Shown here: positions 40,646 through 49,462 of the stretch, piece after piece | Layout of the letters: every line of letters begins with the position of its first letter | Numbering within the stretch: the stretch's first letter is position 1 | Source of the DNA: Pirellulales bacterium | Lineage (GTDB): Bacteria; Planctomycetota; Planctomycetia; Pirellulales; PALSA-1355 | Direction: 5' to 3' | DNA: 64,000 nucleotides | Assembly: GCA_963733035.1 (NCBI GenBank) | Contig: CAVTBU010000005.1 | Location: 384,001 to 448,000, forward strand | Notes under the pieces: generated by a model | Databases searched by the model: none | Told to the model about the DNA's origin: nothing | Seen by the model: the letters and a program-made list of their open reading frames with translations, nothing else | Made by a program: the position numbers and the translations under genes

Positions 40646-41196
40646 TCAAGCCCCTTCGGGCAATGTCGAAACGATCACTTGGGCCGGCCGCACAACCCGC
40701 TCGTGCAACACGTAACCGTCTTGTGCCACCAGCACAACCGTGTTCGGCTCATGCTCGGCCGAGGGCTGCTGCGAGATGGCTTCGTGAAAGGCCGGATCAA
40801 ACGGCTGACCGAGGGCGTCGATCTTCTTGCAATCGTGATTGGCGAGCACCGACAACAAGCTCTGGGCCACGAGTTTGATGCCGTCAAGCAGTCCCGAACC
40901 CTGCGGCGACTTCTCGGCTGCTTCGATTGCCCGTTGCATATTATCCAGCACGGGCAACAGGTCGCGCAACAACGGCACCGCCGCGTAGCGCCGCTCATCT
41001 TCGAGCTCGCGGCGGGTTCGCTTGCGGTAGTTCTCCAACTCGGCCTGCGCCGAAGCACCCGATCCGAGGCGTCTTCCAGGTCGGCGCGAAGCTTGCTGAT
41101 TTCCTCTTCACCCGCTTCAAAGGCGGCATCAGCGGCTCCGGCAAGTCCCTCTCGCTGCGGTTTCAGATCACCTTCGTTTGCATGTTGCTTGGTCAT
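40646..41196 (-). CDS. grpE: Nucleotide exchange factor GrpE (frameshift near 41051)
   Basis: N-part ...DRVLR joins AQAELENYRKR in another frame; LLPVLDN, FDPAFHEA, GYVLHERVVRPAQV. Confidence 0.92.
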
Positions 41197-41246
41197 GTCT
41201 GGCTCTCTCCGTCGCGCTGGTTGCGGAATTGCCGGCAGCGCGGTTC

Positions 41247-42359
41247 TTACAATTGGCCTAAATATTCGCGCACCTTCTCGAAGAAGCTCTTGCGGTGTGG
41301 GCTGACGTCCACGTGTTCCTGGTCGGCCAGCTTACGCAACAAGCCCTCCTGCTCGGGACTCAAAGTCTTGGGCACCTCCACGTTCACCTGCACGAGCAGA
41401 TCGCCCACCGAACGGCCGCGCGGGCTGGGCATTCCCTGGCCGCGCATGCGAAAAACTTCGCCGGTTTGCGTACCGGCGGGAATCTTTAGTTCGTGGGGAC
41501 CGGCAAGCGTGGGCACCTCAATCTTGGCCCCCAAGGCCGCTTGCGTGTAGGTGATTGGAATTCGTACGACCAGGTGCTCTCCCTCGCGTTGAAACAGCGT
41601 ATGTTCCTTGACGGTGATGAAGCAGTAACAATCGCCGCGCGGCCCGCCGCTGGTGCTCGGTTCGCCCTCGCCCGGCAAGCGGATTCGCATTTGATCGTCG
41701 ATGCCGGCGGGAATTTGCACGTCTCGCTTCACTTTTCGCAGGACATATCCGGCGCCGCGGCAGGATTCGCAGGGATCTTTGACCATCGAGCCGGCGCCCT
41801 GACACGATGGACAGGTGGTCTGCACGCGAAAGATGCCGGTCGATTGGAGGATCTGACCACGGCCTCCGCAGTACGTGCACGTCGTCCGGCTGGTGCCTTT
41901 CTTTGCGCCACTGCCGGCGCAGTCATCACAGGCCTCGTGGCGTTTGAACTCGACGGTCTTGGTCACGCCGCGAGCCGCTTCAAGCAGATCGAGCGTCAAA
42001 TCGCAGCGGACGTCGCCCCCTTTGCTCGCGCGTCGCCGACCTCCGAACAAGTCGCCAAAGGCGCTGTCGCCAAAAATGTCCCCAAAGGCCGAGAAAATGT
42101 CGTTGACGTCGGAGAAGCCTCGCCCGGCGTTGCCCATACCGGCATGTCCGTAGCGGTCGTAGTGGGCGCGCTTTTCCTCATCGCCAAGCACTTCGAAGGC
42201 CTCGGCCGCCTCCTTGAAACGGACCACGGCCTCCTCGTCGCCGGGGTTTTTGTCCGGATGATACTTAATGGCGAGCTTGCGATATGCCTCGGCAATGACC
42301 TTGCCTGAACTCGTGCGTTCGATGCCGAGCACCTCGTAATAACAACGTTTGCTGGCCAT
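41247..42359 (-). CDS. dnaJ: Chaperone DnaJ
   Basis: J-domain (YYEVLG, HPD), G/F region, four CxxCxGxG repeats, GDLLV. Confidence 0.96.
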   Translation of the reverse strand: MASKRCYYEVLGIERTSSGKVIAEAYRKLAIKYHPDKNPGDEEAVVRFKEAAEAFEVLGDEEKRAHYDRYGHAGMGNAGRGFSDVNDIFSAFGDIFGDSAFGDLFGGRRRASKGGDVRCDLTLDLLEAARGVTKTVEFKRHEACDDCAGSGAKKGTSRTTCTYCGGRGQILQSTGIFRVQTTCPSCQGAGSMVKDPCESCRGAGYVLRKVKRDVQIPAGIDDQMRIRLPGEGEPSTSGGPRGDCYCFITVKEHTLFQREGEHLVVRIPITYTQAALGAKIEVPTLAGPHELKIPAGTQTGEVFRMRGQGMPSPRGRSVGDLLVQVNVEVPKTLSPEQEGLLRKLADQEHVDVSPHRKSFFEKVREYLGQL

Positions 42360-42477
42360 TTTCACCATGATTTCGAGACAGCTTCGTCGAGGGAAGGGGG
42401 ACCGTTCAATTATAGGCCGCAGACCCCTGGGCGTATGCGCCAATTGGACTTGGGCCACCAGCCCGCTGGCGCCGCAA

Positions 42478-42512
42478 ACGGGCCACTTCAGAATGGCGCT
42501 GAAGTGGCCCGT
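42478..42512 (-). terminator. Perfect 14-bp hairpin between groEL and dnaJ (partial terminator or mRNA stabiliser)
   Basis: ACGGGCCACTTCAG-N7-CTGAAGTGGCCCGT; only a short U run follows on the minus strand. Confidence 0.6.
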
Positions 42513-42554
42513 CGGCTCAGGTTTCCGACCGCGATACGAAGGGCTGGCAGCCGC

Positions 42555-44174
42555 CTAGCGAATGCTGCCTTCGACGCGGGTTTTCGCTTTGTCATCCTTG
42601 TCCAACGTGGTCACCAGGGCCTCGGTCGTGAGCATCAGCCCGGCAATGCTGGCCGCGTTGTGCAAAGCGCTGCGGACTACCTTGACCGGATCGATAATGC
42701 CCGCCTTGACCATGTCGACATACTTGCCGGCGTTGGCGTCGTAGCCGGTATTGGTGGGCTTCTGCAGCACCTCGTCCACCACGACCGACCCGTCGATGCC
42801 GCAGTTGTCGGCAATCTGCTTCATCGGGGCCGACAACGAGTGCAAGATGATGTCGACGCCGATTTTCTCGTCTCCCTTGGCCGACGAACGGACCTTCTCG
42901 ACCGCTTCGATCGTGCGCAACAGGGCTACGCCGCCACCAGGCAGAATGCCCTCCTCGACCGCCGCACGCGTGGCATGCAGGGCGTCTTCGACGCGGGCCT
43001 TCTTCTGCTTCATGTCGGCTTCGCTGGCGGCACCCACCGAGAGGATGGCCACGCCGCCGGTTAACTTCGCCAGACGCTCCTGGAACTTCTCCTTGTCGTA
43101 TTCGCTCTCGGTGTTGTCGAGCTGATTGCGAATCTGCTGGATGCGGTTCTGAATGTCCGGCTGCTTACCGGCACCGCGAACGATCGTCGTCGATTCCTTG
43201 TCGACAGTGATCTGTTTGGCGCGGCCCAGGTGCTCCAAGCCAAGATTCTCGAGCTTGAGACCCAGGTCCTCGCTGATCATCGTGCCGGCGGTTAGCACGG
43301 CGATGTCGCCAAGCATGGCCTTGCGGCGATCGCCAAAACCGGGTGCCTTCACGGCACACACATTGAGCACGCCGCGAAGCTTGTTGACGACCAGAGCCGT
43401 GAGCGCCTCGCCGTCAACATCCTCGGCAATCAGCAACAGCGGCTTGCCGCTTTGGGCCACTTTTTCCAGCAGCGGCACCATCTCGCGCAAGTTGCTGATC
43501 TTCTTCTCGTGGATCAAGATCAGGGCGTCTTCCAACTGGCAGTCCATTTCGGTCGGCCGGTTGATGAAATAGGGGGATATGTAGCCCTTATCGAACTGCA
43601 TGCCCTCGACCAATTCCTTGGTCGTTTCAGTCCCCTTGCCCTCTTCGACCGTGATCACGCCATCCTTGCCGACTTTTTCCATCACGTCGGCCAGCAATTG
43701 GCCAATTTCCATGTCATTGTTGGCGCTAATGGCACCGACCTGGGCAATCTCCTCCTTGCTGGAGACCGGCTTGGCCATGGCGTGCAGCTTTTCGATGGCC
43801 GCTTCCACGGCCTTTTCGATGCCACGGCGGACCGCCATCGGGTTGCTGCCGGCCGCGATATTACGAGTGCCTTCCTTGAAGATCGCTCGGGCGAGCACGG
43901 TGGCGGTGGTGGTGCCATCGCCGGCGATGTCCGAAGTCTTCGAAGCGACTTCGTTCACCAGTTTGGCCCCCATGTTCTCGAAGCGGTCTTCCAGCTCGAC
44001 TTCCTTGCTGACGGTGACACCGTCTTTGGTCACCGTCGGGCCGCCAAACGATTTGTCGATGATGACGTTACGACCGGTTGGGCCCATCGTCACCGCGACG
44101 GCATTGGCCAGTTTTTCCACGCCACGCAGCATCTTGGCTCGGGCGGTATCTTCGAAGAGTAATTGTTTTGCCAC
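42555..44174 (-). CDS. groEL: Chaperonin GroEL (paralog without GGM tail)
   Basis: [40 protein letters not shown]; ends KTRVEGSIR. Confidence 0.97.
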   Translation of the reverse strand: MAKQLLFEDTARAKMLRGVEKLANAVAVTMGPTGRNVIIDKSFGGPTVTKDGVTVSKEVELEDRFENMGAKLVNEVASKTSDIAGDGTTTATVLARAIFKEGTRNIAAGSNPMAVRRGIEKAVEAAIEKLHAMAKPVSSKEEIAQVGAISANNDMEIGQLLADVMEKVGKDGVITVEEGKGTETTKELVEGMQFDKGYISPYFINRPTEMDCQLEDALILIHEKKISNLREMVPLLEKVAQSGKPLLLIAEDVDGEALTALVVNKLRGVLNVCAVKAPGFGDRRKAMLGDIAVLTAGTMISEDLGLKLENLGLEHLGRAKQITVDKESTTIVRGAGKQPDIQNRIQQIRNQLDNTESEYDKEKFQERLAKLTGGVAILSVGAASEADMKQKKARVEDALHATRAAVEEGILPGGGVALLRTIEAVEKVRSSAKGDEKIGVDIILHSLSAPMKQIADNCGIDGSVVVDEVLQKPTNTGYDANAGKYVDMVKAGIIDPVKVVRSALHNAASIAGLMLTTEALVTTLDKDDKAKTRVEGSIR

Positions 44175-44245
44175 GGTGGCGGTTCCTCGTTAATAGCGAA
44201 TACGGATGTTCCCAGTGAGATGCGTGCTCTTGCGCGACTTCACTC

Positions 44246-44545
44246 TCAGCTGACGATCTTCGCCAGCACGTCGCTCTCACGCAGGATCTTTACGTCCTTG
44301 CCGGCGACTTCGATGTCGGTGCCCGAGTACTTGCCGTAGATTACGACGTCGCCCACCGAAACCGAAAGCGTGCCGCGGCTGCCGTTGTCGAGCAGCTTGC
44401 CGGGGCCGGTCGACACGACGGTGCCCCGTTGCGGACGCTCCTTCGCAGTGTCGGGCAGCACGATGCCACCGGACGTTCGCTCTTCGGCTTCCTGGGGTTC
44501 CACCACCACGCGATCGTCGAGTGGTCGCAAGTTAAGCTTTGCCAT
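44246..44545 (-). CDS. groES: Co-chaperonin GroES
   Basis: LRPLDDRVVV, SGGIVLPDTAKERP, GKYSGT, ILRESDVLA. Confidence 0.97.
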   Translation of the reverse strand: MAKLNLRPLDDRVVVEPQEAEERTSGGIVLPDTAKERPQRGTVVSTGPGKLLDNGSRGTLSVSVGDVVIYGKYSGTDIEVAGKDVKILRESDVLAKIVS

Positions 44546-44663
44546 GTTCGTTGTCCTTCAGTTGGAAGTTGTATGCAAATTGTGGTTGTGAATATTCGGA
44601 TTGACCTGTTCGGAAACGGCAAGCGACGCGTGTGTCGCCAAGTCGCCGCCAGGATGTGCGAAC

Positions 44664-46361
44664 CTACATCATGCCAGGCATCCCGCCCATGCCACCCATG
44701 CCGCCCATTCCCATGCCGCCCATTCCTCCCATGCCACCCATGCCGTGATCGTGGTGGTCATGATCGCCGGCCTCCTCTTCGCTGGGAATCTCGGTGATAA
44801 GTGACTCGGTGGTGAGCAACAAGGCGGCAACGCTCGAACCGTTTTGCAATGCCGTACGCACAACCTTGGCCGGATCGATGATGCCGGCCGCAACCAGATC
44901 GGTGTAGACATCTTTGTCAGCGTCGTAGCCTTCGTTTTTGCCTTTGAGGTGACGCACACGATTGACGACCACCGCGCCATCGAGACCGGCGTTATGTGCA
45001 ATCGCCCGCAGCGGATGATCAAGCACATTGCGAATGATGTCGGCACCGTGCTTTTCATCGCCAGTAAGGTTGAGTTTCGAGAGCGCCGATTCGGCACGCA
45101 ACAGAGCCACGCCACCGCCGGGCACGATACCTTCTTGCAAGGCCGCCTGGGTGGCCGCTTTGGCGTCTTCGATAAGCGCTTTGCGTTCCTTCATTTCGGT
45201 TTCGGTCGCCGCGCCGACGTTGATCTGAGCCACGCCGCCTGCCAGCTTCGCCAGTCGCTCTTGCAACTTTTCGCGATCGTACTCGCTGTCGGTGACTTCG
45301 ATTTCCTTGCGGATCTGTTCGGCCCGGCCGTCAATGGCGTCTTTTTTGCCGGCGCCACCAACCAGCGTTGTTTCCTCGGCCGTGATGGTAATCTTCTTCG
45401 CCTTGCCCAGATCCGAGAGTTTCACGGCGTCGAGCGCGATCCCCAGGTCCTTGAAGATGGCCGTGCCTCCGGTCAAGATCGCCAAATCGCCCAGGATCGC
45501 TTTGCGGCGATCGCCGTAGCCAGGAGCCTTTACCGCACAGACGTTCAAGATGCCGCGCATCTTATTGACGACCAGCGTCGCCAGGGCTTCGCCTTCGACG
45601 TCTTCGGCGATGATCAACAGTGGCTTGTTGGCCTTGCTTACAGCCTCGAGCAGTGGCACCAGGTTCTTGGCGTTGGAAATCTTCTCCTCGTAGATCAGGA
45701 CCAAGGTGTTTTCCAACTCCACCGTCTGATCTTCGGCGTTCGTGACAAAGTGGGGCGAGAGGAAACCGCGGTCGAATTGCATGCCTTCGACCACCTCGAC
45801 GAAAGTCTCGTTCTGGCGCCCTTCTTCGATCGTGATCACGCCATCCTTACCAACCTTCAGAAAGGCGTCGGCCAGCACGCTGCCGATTGTCGGGTCGTTA
45901 TTGCCCGCGATGGTCGCGACCTGCACGATCTCTTTTTTGCTCTTCTCGTCGATGGGCGTGGCCATCTTGGCAATCGCGTCGCTTACCGCCTCGGTCGCCT
46001 TATGGATACCACGCGACAGCGCCATCGGATCCGCCCCGGCCGCGATCATCTTCAGACCTTCGCGAAAGATGGCCTCGGCCAATACCGTGGCGGTGGTGGT
46101 GCCGTCGCCAGCCACGTCGTTTGTTTTGCTGGCCGCTTCCTTGACCAACTGGGCCCCCAGGTTCTCGTATGGGTCATCCAGTTCGATGTTCTCGGCTACG
46201 GTGACGCCGTCCTTGGTCACTTTCGGCGAGCCCCAGCCCTTATCGAGCACGGCATTGCGACCACGCGGCCCCAACGTGCTGCGGACGGCACGCGCTAGTT
46301 TGCTCACGCCGGCGGCCAGCGCCTGGCGGGCCTCTTCGTCAAAGACCATTTGCTTTACCAC
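44664..46361 (-). CDS. groEL: Chaperonin GroEL (His + GGM tail)
   Basis: [29 protein letters not shown] start at 46361 preceded by AGGAGG; C-terminus [17 protein letters not shown]... Confidence 0.97.
   Translation of the reverse strand: MVKQMVFDEEARQALAAGVSKLARAVRSTLGPRGRNAVLDKGWGSPKVTKDGVTVAENIELDDPYENLGAQLVKEAASKTNDVAGDGTTTATVLAEAIFREGLKMIAAGADPMALSRGIHKATEAVSDAIAKMATPIDEKSKKEIVQVATIAGNNDPTIGSVLADAFLKVGKDGVITIEEGRQNETFVEVVEGMQFDRGFLSPHFVTNAEDQTVELENTLVLIYEEKISNAKNLVPLLEAVSKANKPLLIIAEDVEGEALATLVVNKMRGILNVCAVKAPGYGDRRKAILGDLAILTGGTAIFKDLGIALDAVKLSDLGKAKKITITAEETTLVGGAGKKDAIDGRAEQIRKEIEVTDSEYDREKLQERLAKLAGGVAQINVGAATETEMKERKALIEDAKAATQAALQEGIVPGGGVALLRAESALSKLNLTGDEKHGADIIRNVLDHPLRAIAHNAGLDGAVVVNRVRHLKGKNEGYDADKDVYTDLVAAGIIDPAKVVRTALQNGSSVAALLLTTESLITEIPSEEEAGDHDHHDHGMGGMGGMGGMGMGGMGGMGGMPGMM
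44667..44745 (-). repeat. Low-complexity GGM-coding repeat at the groEL 3' end
   Basis: Repeated CCCATGCC units encoding (G/M)n. Confidence 0.8.
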
Positions 46362-46524
46362 GCGGAATCTCCTCCTAGTTACGGGCGTTTTCACGCTCGG
46401 CTGTCGAAATCGCGCTCATGCGGAGAGCTGCCAGACAGTCGAGCTTCGTGGATTGTGTGCGGTGTATTTAAAGCCCTGGCCAAAGGCCACAATGGCAGGC
46501 TGGAGCCTGGGCGGTCGACCATTT

Positions 46525-46541
46525 AAGCAACGCTTGTGCCA
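46525..46541 (-). promoter_or_regulatory. Sigma54 (-24/-12) promoter of the chaperone operon
   Basis: Minus strand TGGCACAAGCGTTGCTT closely matches TGGCAC-N5-TTGCW, ~165 nt upstream of groEL. Confidence 0.8.
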
Positions 46542-46691
46542 GGAAGCACAATTCTAACGCAAGTCTTTTAACACCTAATACTTACGGATCCTTACGATGC
46601 CCCGATGCGGCGGGGCGCGGTAATCGCCAGAAGTGAATCGGTGCCATTTTGGCAGGTCGCTGCCATCGTCCTCATGACGACAAGCAGCCGC

Positions 46692-47759
46692 TCAGTTCCG
46701 CGTGTGGATCCAGAGATCCTGCGGTTGGCCAAACATCTCGAACCGCCGCTCGATGCGGGCGCCCAGCTTCGTCGCCACGCGGGCCGAAGGCAGATTGTCT
46801 GGATGGATGATGCTGCAGGCCTGTTCAATGCCCAAATTCGCAAAACACCACTCAAGCGCCCCGCGGGCAACTTCGGTGGCGATGCCCTGTCCCTGGCGAC
46901 GCGGATCGACCAGCCAGCCGATTTCGAGCATTGGCCAACCTTCCGGAAACCACGGCCCGCATTCACCTACAAAAACCCCCGTTCGTTGGTCCTCGATGGC
47001 CAGGCGCGTGTAGCCGCGGAGTTGCCGATGCCCCAAGAAGGTGGCAATCTGCCTCCAGGTTTGAGCACGGTTGAGCGTTTGACCGTCACCAACATAGCGC
47101 ATCACATCGCGGTCAGCATAAAACCGGGCGAGCTCTTCCATGTCCCGCTCGCGAAACGGCCGCAGCCGAAACCGTTCGGTGAGTATTTCGAAGCTCTCGG
47201 GTGCCACGGGAAGTGCCACATGCCCAGAATCCGGCCGAGAAATCGCGGCCGGTCGTTCGTGTACCCAGACGTCCGCGGCGGCCCCCATTACCTCGGCGCG
47301 CTTCTCCAACTTCGCGCCGAGCTTTTCGGCAACGCGGGCCGAAGGCGCGTTATCGGGTGCGACCAAGCTACAAATCCGGTCGACGCTGAGATTCTCGAAG
47401 CTCCAATCCAGGGCCGCGCGACCGGCCTCGGTGGCGATGCCGTTTCGCTGGCGGTGCGGGTCAACCACCCACCCCACCTCGAGCATCGGCCAACCCTCGG
47501 GAAACCAAGGACCGGTGCGACCCAGGAAATCGCCGCTTTGGCGGTCCTCGATGGCCACGATCGAATAGCCGCGGATTTGTTGGTGCCCCAAAAAGCAGGC
47601 AATCTGCCGCCAGCTGTCGGCGCGGTCGAGCGTCTTACCCGAGCCCAGATAACGCATCACGTCCGGATTGGCGTTGAGCGATGCCAAGGCATCGAGGTCC
47701 GCTTCCTGGAACGGGCGCAACCGCAATCGCGGTGTTTCAATAACCGGCATGGTTTGCAT
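46692..47759 (-). CDS. Tandem GNAT (RimJ/RimL-type) N-acetyltransferase
   Basis: Two similar domains, each with RLRPF...VMRY.G...GPWFPEGWPMLE.GW...GIATE...PDN.PSARVA.KLG. Confidence 0.9.
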   Translation of the reverse strand: MQTMPVIETPRLRLRPFQEADLDALASLNANPDVMRYLGSGKTLDRADSWRQIACFLGHQQIRGYSIVAIEDRQSGDFLGRTGPWFPEGWPMLEVGWVVDPHRQRNGIATEAGRAALDWSFENLSVDRICSLVAPDNAPSARVAEKLGAKLEKRAEVMGAAADVWVHERPAAISRPDSGHVALPVAPESFEILTERFRLRPFRERDMEELARFYADRDVMRYVGDGQTLNRAQTWRQIATFLGHRQLRGYTRLAIEDQRTGVFVGECGPWFPEGWPMLEIGWLVDPRRQGQGIATEVARGALEWCFANLGIEQACSIIHPDNLPSARVATKLGARIERRFEMFGQPQDLWIHTRN

Positions 47760-47800
47760 GAGCCGATCCTCCGCCCAATAGCCTAACGAACATCATCACC

Positions 47801-48859
47801 CTAGGGAATGAACGACTCGTCGCCTGCCAACCGCAGGGCAAAGCCGGCCAACAGGTCGGCCGCCTTGTCGATGTCATCGAGCGAAATCATTTCTACCGGA
47901 CTGTGCATATACCGATTCGGGATGCTGACCAGCCCCGTGGCCACGCCGCCGCGACTGATTTGCATTGTGTTGGCGTCGTTTGGCGTCGCCCGACCACTAG
48001 CCGCCATCTGATAGGGCACTTCGCCGGCGGTTGCCGTTTCCATGAGTCTATCGACGACCCTGGGGTTCATGTTTGGGCCGCGATAGATCACGGGACCACG
48101 CCCCAGGGCAATGTCCCCCTCCTGCTTCTTGTCGATCGTGGGACAATCGGTGGCGTGCGTAACGTCGATCGCAATACCCACGTGCGGATTGACACCATAG
48201 GTGCTGGTGGTGGCACCGCGGAGGCCAATTTCTTCCTGGACCGTTGAGACCGCGAACAGGCCACAACTGAGCTTCTTCGGCGCCGTGCGCCGCAGCGCTT
48301 CGATGGCCACCCAAAGGCCCGTCTTGTTGTCCATGCCGGGCGAACTGGCCAATCGGTTTCGCATCTCGGTATAGCCAAGCTGCAGCGTCACCGGATCGCC
48401 AACCTTAACGATGCCCGCGGCCTCCTCCTTGGTACGGCAACCGATGTCGAGCCACAAATCCTTGAGCCTAGGCACCTGCTTGCGTTCTTCGTCGGCCAGC
48501 AGGTGAATCGGCTTGCGGGCAATCGCGCCAAACACCGGACCTGCTACGGTCCAGACCGTGAGCTTTTGGCCGATGAGTACGATCGGATCCCAGCCGCCGA
48601 TCGGTTGCACGTACAGAAATCCCTGCTCGTCGATGTATTGCACCAGAAACCCGATCTGATCGCAGTGCCCGGCGAGCATTACACGCAACTTTGCGTCCGG
48701 ATTGCGAGCCACGATGACATTGCCATGCACGTCGGTGGAGACGGCATCGGCAAACGGCGCAACGTATTGCCGCACTACCTCTTGAATCCGCTGCTCGAAG
48801 CCCGAAGGGCTGGGTGTTTCCAACAACGTGCGCAAGAAGTCCAAGGCTTCGGGGTTCAT
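47801..48859 (-). CDS. M42 family metallopeptidase
   Basis: PSPSGFE, AGHCDQIG, MDNKTG, QEEIGLRGA, IDVTHA, RYMHSPVE. Start at MNPEALDFL. Confidence 0.92.
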   Translation of the reverse strand: MNPEALDFLRTLLETPSPSGFEQRIQEVVRQYVAPFADAVSTDVHGNVIVARNPDAKLRVMLAGHCDQIGFLVQYIDEQGFLYVQPIGGWDPIVLIGQKLTVWTVAGPVFGAIARKPIHLLADEERKQVPRLKDLWLDIGCRTKEEAAGIVKVGDPVTLQLGYTEMRNRLASSPGMDNKTGLWVAIEALRRTAPKKLSCGLFAVSTVQEEIGLRGATTSTYGVNPHVGIAIDVTHATDCPTIDKKQEGDIALGRGPVIYRGPNMNPRVVDRLMETATAGEVPYQMAASGRATPNDANTMQISRGGVATGLVSIPNRYMHSPVEMISLDDIDKAADLLAGFALRLAGDESFIP

Positions 48860-48973
48860 GCGTTCGGATCTCAAGGTGGCAGACGAGTTGAAAGGACCAG
48901 CGCGAAAGTTATCGCACGATTCGGCAAGGCTGACAAGCTGGGGGCACGCGACTAGCACCGGCGCCCGCTCGGG

Positions 48974-49020
48974 TTGACATGCGCCTACACATGTAGGTAT
49001 CCTGCGCCTACACTTGTAAG
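48974..49020 (+). promoter_or_regulatory. Promoter with two BlaI/MecI/CopY-type operators
   Basis: TTGACA-N18-TATCCT. Operators CCTACA-CA-TGTAGG (48984-48997) and CCTACA-CT-TGTAAG (49007-49020) match TACA-N2-TGTA with a 23-bp period. Confidence 0.85.
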
Positions 49021-49069
49021 CATTCGCTTCGACCGTCAACCGCGCTAGCCCCTTGCGAGGAATCCAAAC

Positions 49070-49462
49070 GTGCCCAAAAGCCAAGGACTGCCTGCCCTGT
49101 CCGACGCACAACTCGAAGTCATGGACGTCGTCTGGACGGCCGGGGAATGTTCGGTCAGCGACGTCTGGAAGGTGTTGCACGAAAGGCGCGGCATTGCCCG
49201 CAATACCGTGCATACGCTGGTCGTGCGATTGGAAGAGAAGGGCTGGCTGACGCACAGGGAGACGAACGCTGGGTTCGTCTATCGATCCACCACCTCGCGC
49301 GTGGAGTCGCAACAGCGCACACTGAAGAAGATCGTTGAGACCGTGTTCAACGGATCCGCCGAGGGCCTGGTGCTGGCCTTACTCAACGGAGGAAACCTAT
49401 CCAAGGCCGAAGCTGCTCGCATCCAACAACTCATCGCTGGCGCGAAAGGAAAAAAGGCATGA
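49070..49462 (+). CDS. BlaI/MecI/CopY family transcriptional repressor
   Basis: LSDAQLEVMDVVW, TVHTLVVRLEEKGWL, FNGSAEGLVLALL; its stop overlaps the M56 start (ATGA). Confidence 0.92.
   Translation: MPKSQGLPALSDAQLEVMDVVWTAGECSVSDVWKVLHERRGIARNTVHTLVVRLEEKGWLTHRETNAGFVYRSTTSRVESQQRTLKKIVETVFNGSAEGLVLALLNGGNLSKAEAARIQQLIAGAKGKKA

Noticed and set aside
19149..41196. Pseudogenisation or programmed frameshifting of the thiolase, ALDH, C69 peptidase and grpE
   Set aside because: Each has a single small deletion, no other decay and no slippery heptamer, and all share a GCGC context. Sequencing error is more parsimonious.
44844..46298. Long antisense ORFs (e.g. 484 aa opposite groEL, 502 aa opposite the metalloprotease)
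   Set aside because: They are shadow frames of highly biased GC-rich genes and show no recognisable motifs.
48860..49312. N-terminal extension of the M42 ORF to 49312
   Set aside because: It overlaps blaI and its promoter on the other strand, and M42 similarity begins at MNPEALDFL (48859).
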